Assembly (NCBI GenBank): GCA_023136205.1
Contig: JAGLRQ010000158.1
Location: 1 to 10,584, forward strand
Direction of reading: 5' to 3'
Origin: Candidatus Auribacterota bacterium
GTDB taxonomy: Bacteria; Auribacterota; UBA6266
Length of the DNA: 10,584 bases
The first letter of the stretch is position 1; every line of letters starts with the position of its first letter. Below the pieces are notes generated by a model. That model saw nothing but the letters and a program-made list of their open reading frames with translations, had not been told where the DNA came from and made no database searches. The position numbers and the translations under genes are program-made. Positions 6,723-10,584 of the stretch are shown in pieces.

Positions 6723-7953
6723 CCTAATGAGAATTGCCATAAGAAATCTCATGAGATACAAAAGAAGAACCTTTCTTACGGCTTCACTAATTACCATGGG
6801 GGTTGTTTTTGTGCTTGTATTTATAGCCCTGTCGGGTTCGTTTAAGCATATGATGGTCAGCCAGATCACTGATTCTTTTCTCGGACATATACAGATCCAC
6901 CAGAAGGGTTATGTGGCATCAATAGATACACTGCCTCTAACAAAGAGCATGGGAACGCAAGCTGTAAGAAAGGTGAAAGAAGCTATAAATGATGTTCCTG
7001 AGATAGAAGCATATTCAATGAGGATAAAGTTCGGGGGAATGTTCAGTAATTTTGTTGAGACCGCGAATGTAAGACTTAACGGTGTCTATCCCGAAGAAGA
7101 GATAAAAACCGTTCCGCTCTTTCCGGAAAGAATAATGGAGGGTAAAAAGGGGATAACAAAGGGAGAAATACTTGTTCCCGAACTGCTCGCGAAAGGAATG
7201 AAAGTTAAAATAGGTGATATGATCGTTGTTGTAGCCACCAATAAGGACGGCTCGGTTAACGGGAAACAATTCAAGGTCGGCGGTATTCTTGAGAGCGCGA
7301 CCGGCCCCGGGGGCAGGGACGGATATATTCACATTGATGACGCCCTCGAGGTTCTCAGGATGGATGAGGTTCAAATAAGTGAAATAGCTTTGAGGATCAA
7401 TAATTTTGTTAACCTTAATGCCGTTCACACCAAACTTAACAACATCTTCTTAAAGGAATTGAATAAAGCTGGCAAACCTGTATTTGAGGTGCATACATGG
7501 GAACAACTATCGCCCTTCTACAATATTGCCAGGATGATAGATCTTATGACATTCTCAATTAAACTGATGCTTATAGCCATCGTGCTGATCAGCATCATGA
7601 ATGTTATGATTATGGCGGTATATGAGAGGGTAAGGGAAATCGGCACTATCGCTGCGATAGGTACACTGCCGAAGAAAATTCTTTCCATGTTTCTTATTGA
7701 GGGATTTTCTTTAGGAGTCCTGGGGGCGCTGATTGGTAATGTTATCGGCATATCGATTATTTATATTCTCAATATTTCCAGGATTACCTTTGATTTTGGG
7801 AGGCAGACAGGACTTGTTCTGGAACCAACGGTGAATTTTACGGACATTTTCACTATATCAACAATAGTAATAATGGTGTCTGTACTGGCAAGCCTTCAGC
7901 CTGCTTTCAAGGCTTCGCGTATGGAACCGATTAAAGCCTTAAGGCATGTATAG
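6715..7953 (+). CDS. FtsX-family ABC permease of the LolC/E-MacB type (single gene, presumably a homodimer)
   Basis: 412 aa from the ATG at 6715, with SD AGGAGG at 6701-6706. The start overlaps the ATPase stop as ATGTTTAA. N-terminus MFNLMRIAIRNLMRYKRRTFLT is the family-typical start. Layout is TM1, a periplasmic domain of about 240 aa (GHIQIHQKGY...), then three C-terminal TM helices, ending in the FtsX-typical LQPAFKASRMEPIKALR. Confidence 0.85.
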   Translation: MFNLMRIAIRNLMRYKRRTFLTASLITMGVVFVLVFIALSGSFKHMMVSQITDSFLGHIQIHQKGYVASIDTLPLTKSMGTQAVRKVKEAINDVPEIEAYSMRIKFGGMFSNFVETANVRLNGVYPEEEIKTVPLFPERIMEGKKGITKGEILVPELLAKGMKVKIGDMIVVVATNKDGSVNGKQFKVGGILESATGPGGRDGYIHIDDALEVLRMDEVQISEIALRINNFVNLNAVHTKLNNIFLKELNKAGKPVFEVHTWEQLSPFYNIARMIDLMTFSIKLMLIAIVLISIMNVMIMAVYERVREIGTIAAIGTLPKKILSMFLIEGFSLGVLGALIGNVIGISIIYILNISRITFDFGRQTGLVLEPTVNFTDIFTISTIVIMVSVLASLQPAFKASRMEPIKALRHV

Positions 7954-7963
7954 GAGGAATGAT

Positions 7964-8692
7964 ATGGTTAAAATTTTATTTGTATTCATGTCACTGATAT
8001 TAGCGGTTCCGGCTTACGCGGCAGACGGTAATGAACTGCTGGAACAGGTTGACAGGAACCTTAATCCTGAATCTTACGAATCTTACAAAAAATTGATTAA
8101 TATTGAGCCCGATGGGAGCAGGAAAGAGTTTGTGCTTTTTACCGTAAAAAAGGGGAAAGACAAAGTGGCGGCTATGTTTATTTCACCCGCAAGTGAAAAG
8201 GGGAGAAGCACATTGAGGCTTGATGAGAACATGTGGCTTTATATTCCCAATGTAGGGAAGCCGATTCGTATAACAAGTCTTCAGTCGGTGGTTGGGGGAG
8301 TATTCAATAATGCGGATATATTACGGCTTGATTATACTTCGGAATACAATGTAGAGCAAGTTGAGGAAAATGGCGATGAATATCTTCTGCATCTTAAGGC
8401 AAAAACAAATACTGTTGCCTATGACAAACTGAAGATGTGGGTGAATAGAGATAATATGCTGCCTTCAAAGATCGAGAGCCTTACAGAGGATTTAATGTTA
8501 ATTAAAACTCTTTATTTCAAAGAGATTAAAGATTTTGGGGGTGGTATAGTCAGGCCCTCTGTTATCGAAACGGATAGCCCTCTTTATAAAGATTATAAAT
8601 CGGTTATGATATTCGCGAAGATTAAAGAGAAAAAATTTAATGATGAGGTGTTTACTTTAACGTTTATGCCGAATATGGACTCATTAAGATAA
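7964..8692 (+). CDS. Secreted LolA-like protein (outer membrane lipoprotein-sorting protein family), not itself a lipoprotein
   Basis: 242 aa from the ATG at 7964. SD AGGAGG at 7952-7957 overlaps the permease stop TAG. Signal peptide MVKILFVFMSLILAVPAYA/ADG has an SPase I type site and no lipobox Cys. Blocks FISPASEKGRSTLRLDENMWLYIPNVGKPIRITS and GGVFNNADILRLDY resemble the LolA_like family signature (P...kG...L....mW.Y.P....ri, then F...D), recalled from memory. Confidence 0.7.
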   Translation: MVKILFVFMSLILAVPAYAADGNELLEQVDRNLNPESYESYKKLINIEPDGSRKEFVLFTVKKGKDKVAAMFISPASEKGRSTLRLDENMWLYIPNVGKPIRITSLQSVVGGVFNNADILRLDYTSEYNVEQVEENGDEYLLHLKAKTNTVAYDKLKMWVNRDNMLPSKIESLTEDLMLIKTLYFKEIKDFGGGIVRPSVIETDSPLYKDYKSVMIFAKIKEKKFNDEVFTLTFMPNMDSLR

Positions 8693-9987
8693 TGAGATTA
8701 TTGATCCTGTTTGTTTTTATGATTGTACTTTTCCCGCGGTTAATTTTTGCCGAATCTGAATATATATTTGATTTGGATGAAATAGAGAAAAAACCGTATA
8801 GCTTCGGAGGTTATGTTGAAGCTCGTCCCGTTTTTCTCGGGTTTGACAAGGATGCGGTTTTACATAAGCTAAAATTATATGATCAAGACGAGGGGGATAT
8901 AGGCCAGGAGTATAATGCCGCGCTTCAAATTGATGGGAGCTATGAAAAGGGTATCGCGAAACTCTACACAAAAATAAACGCGGATATACAACAGTCTTAT
9001 CTCGGCTGGTCGGATAAAACGAGCATCTTTGAAGGATATCTTTCCGTTAAGCCTTCCTCGTCTTTCAGCATTAATGTCGGGAAAAAAACACTGAAATGGG
9101 GCAAAGGATATGCCTGGACGCCGGCCGCGTTTGTTGATAGAACAAAAAATCCTGACGATCCCGAACTTGCCCTTGAGGGTTTTATCAGCCTGTCTGCCGA
9201 CTATATTAAAAGTTTTTCCGGGCCATTAAAGACGGTATCTTTTACTCCTGCCGTAATTCCCGTTTATGATGATATCAATGATGATTTCGGGGAGACGGAT
9301 CATGTGAATTTCGCGGGGAAACTGTATCTTCTGCTGTATGATACTGATATTGATTTTATGGTACTTGCCGGCGGCAGCAAAACTACAAGATTTGGTTTTG
9401 ATTTCTCAAGAAATATCACCACAAACTTTGAGATACATGGCGAATTCGCGTTTATTAATAATTTCGAGAAGAAATTTATTAACAGCGCGGGCGATACTTT
9501 TATTAAGGAGTATGACGCGAATAGTTATCTCTTCGGGATCAGATATCTGACTAAACTGGACACAACATTTATTGTGGAATACTACCATAACGGCACAGGA
9601 TTTAACGATGGGGAGATAGAAGATTATTTTTCTTTTATCAATACAGCATATGCAGCATATGCTTCTTCAGGAAATGACAGCGGCCTGCGAAAGGCGTTAA
9701 ATCTTACAGAAGGGAACTATGGAAGAATTAATCCGATGAAAGATTATCTTTACGCCCGCGTCAGCCAGAAAGAACCCTTTAATATTCTTTATTTTACTCC
9801 TTCCTTAACAGGAATTTTTAATGTCAATGATAAAAGTTTTTCTCTTTCACCCGAGTTTCTTTACACAGGTATTACAAATCTGGAACTGCGGTTGAAAACC
9901 AGCTTTCTGATCGGTGAAAGTGACAGTGAGTATGGAGAAAAACAAAATGATTACAGAGCTGAATTCAGGGTGAGATATTATTTTTAA
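8692..9987 (+). CDS. Outer-membrane beta-barrel protein of unassigned family, last gene of the ABC/LolA-like operon
   Basis: 431 aa. The start overlaps the upstream stop as TAATG. Signal peptide MRLLILFVFMIVLFPRLIFA/ESE has no lipobox. There are many amphipathic strand-like segments (AALQIDGSYE, KLYTKINADIQ, FEIHGEFAFINN, YLFGIRYLT, TFIVEYYHNG, ELRLKTSFLIG, YRAEFRVRYYF). The terminal residue is Phe, as in a typical OMP beta-signal. Confidence 0.65.
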   Translation: MRLLILFVFMIVLFPRLIFAESEYIFDLDEIEKKPYSFGGYVEARPVFLGFDKDAVLHKLKLYDQDEGDIGQEYNAALQIDGSYEKGIAKLYTKINADIQQSYLGWSDKTSIFEGYLSVKPSSSFSINVGKKTLKWGKGYAWTPAAFVDRTKNPDDPELALEGFISLSADYIKSFSGPLKTVSFTPAVIPVYDDINDDFGETDHVNFAGKLYLLLYDTDIDFMVLAGGSKTTRFGFDFSRNITTNFEIHGEFAFINNFEKKFINSAGDTFIKEYDANSYLFGIRYLTKLDTTFIVEYYHNGTGFNDGEIEDYFSFINTAYAAYASSGNDSGLRKALNLTEGNYGRINPMKDYLYARVSQKEPFNILYFTPSLTGIFNVNDKSFSLSPEFLYTGITNLELRLKTSFLIGESDSEYGEKQNDYRAEFRVRYYF

Positions 9988-10056
9988 TCATCGAAAATTA
10001 TTATGCCTTTAACATGATTACAAGAAGAGAACTTCGGCAGAAGAAAAGGAGCCTAA

Positions 10057-10584
10057 ATGACGCGGATGTTAAATAATTCATTTCATTCAGAACCTGTTGA
10101 AAAAGTGCTGAAGACATTATCTTCTAAGATAGACGGACTTTCGCGTAAAGAAGCAAAGGCCCGCTTACAGGATTTTGGCCCTAATGAAATACGTGGGAAA
10201 AAAGCTAAACATCCTGTTCTGATTTTTCTTAAGCAATTTCATAGTATTCTAATTTATATCCTTATTGCTGCCGCCGGCATTTCATTTTTCATCGGTCATG
10301 TAGTTGATGCTTATGTAATTTTAGCTGTAATTCTAATTAATGCCATAATAGGCTTCATTCAGGAAAATAAGGCAGAGAGATCAATTCAGGCTTTAAAAAG
10401 GATGATTGTGCCTCACGCGAAGGTTTTCCGGGGCGGAGAATTACTGCAGGTACACGCGAAAGAATTAGTGCCCGGAGACATTATTTTCCTGGAAGAGGGC
10501 GATAGAATTCCTGCTGACGCGAGGCTTCTTGAAGCAAAAAACACCAGGACGGTAGAGGCTTCTTTAACCGGCGAGTCACTTCCT
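10057..10584 (+). CDS. N-terminal part of a type II P-type cation-transporting ATPase (3' end lies outside the window)
   Basis: Open frame from the ATG at 10057 to the window end, absent from the ORF track because it has no stop. SD AAAGGAG ends 5 nt upstream. Cation_ATPase_N-type segment GLSRKEAKARLQDFGPNEI, two TM helices (ILIYILIAAAGISFFIG and AYVILAVILINAIIGFIQE), then ELVPGDIIFLEEGDRIPADARLLE and the actuator motif LTGES at the window edge. Confidence 0.85.
   Translation, partial: MTRMLNNSFHSEPVEKVLKTLSSKIDGLSRKEAKARLQDFGPNEIRGKKAKHPVLIFLKQFHSILIYILIAAAGISFFIGHVVDAYVILAVILINAIIGFIQENKAERSIQALKRMIVPHAKVFRGGELLQVHAKELVPGDIIFLEEGDRIPADARLLEAKNTRTVEASLTGESLP

Noticed and set aside
7015-7428. 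137-aa antisense ORF inside the permease gene. Similar shadow ORFs occur at 323-508, 584-775, 833-1117, 1067-1273, 2921-3103, 4097-4294, 4558-4767, 4942-5232, 5129-5329, 6618-6869, 7086-7274, 7518-7751, 8717-8971, 9338-9550 and 9406-9588.
   Set aside because: Each lies entirely within, and out of frame with or antisense to, a gene that has strong family motifs. They have no SD and odd compositions, as expected for chance open frames in AT-rich DNA.
7946-7963. The ORF track starts the LolA-like gene at 7946 (MYRRND...)
   Set aside because: The ATG at 7964 sits 6 nt after AGGAGG (7952-7957) and starts a proper signal peptide (MVKILFVF...). The 7946 start would overlap the permease and has no SD.
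9985-10020. Inverted repeat TAATCAT ... ATGATTA after the barrel gene, considered as a rho-independent terminator
   Set aside because: The stem is 7 bp and has only one G:C pair, the loop is 22 nt, and no U-tract follows, so it is not a credible intrinsic terminator.
1-10584. Search for tRNA/rRNA, CRISPR arrays, IS elements, integrases, toxin-antitoxin or known defence genes
   Set aside because: Every intergenic space is under 200 nt and lacks T-loop-like GTTCRA motifs or GC-rich stems. There are no spaced direct repeats, terminal inverted repeats or transposase-like ORFs, and every large ORF is accounted for by an envelope, transport or tRNA-modification family.

Overview
AT-rich chromosomal segment from what looks like a diderm (outer-membrane-bearing) bacterium. 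I can support twelve protein-coding genes, two of them cut by the window edges. I found no tRNA/rRNA, CRISPR array, transposase/integrase or long repeat. Gene order: 3' end of a GspE/PilB secretion ATPase; GspF/PilC platform protein; an 83-aa SemiSWEET (PQ-loop) transporter; a FadL/TodX-type outer-membrane channel (minus strand); an orphan 94-aa basic protein; a minus-strand pair of a GT2 glycosyltransferase and a MiaA-family isopentenyltransferase that overlap by 20 nt; then a divergent, tightly coupled four-gene plus-strand operon (MacB/LolD-type ABC ATPase, single FtsX/LolC-E-type permease, secreted LolA-like protein, 431-aa outer-membrane beta-barrel of unassigned family); and finally the 5' end of a type II P-type cation ATPase. 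The best candidate for an undescribed system is the four-gene operon. It has the parts for a Lol-like route from inner membrane through a periplasmic carrier to a dedicated outer-membrane barrel, but no membrane-fusion or TolC component, and its cargo is unknown. The second candidate is the overlapping GT2/MiaA pair. All functional calls rest on motif recognition by eye. No database search or folding was run.
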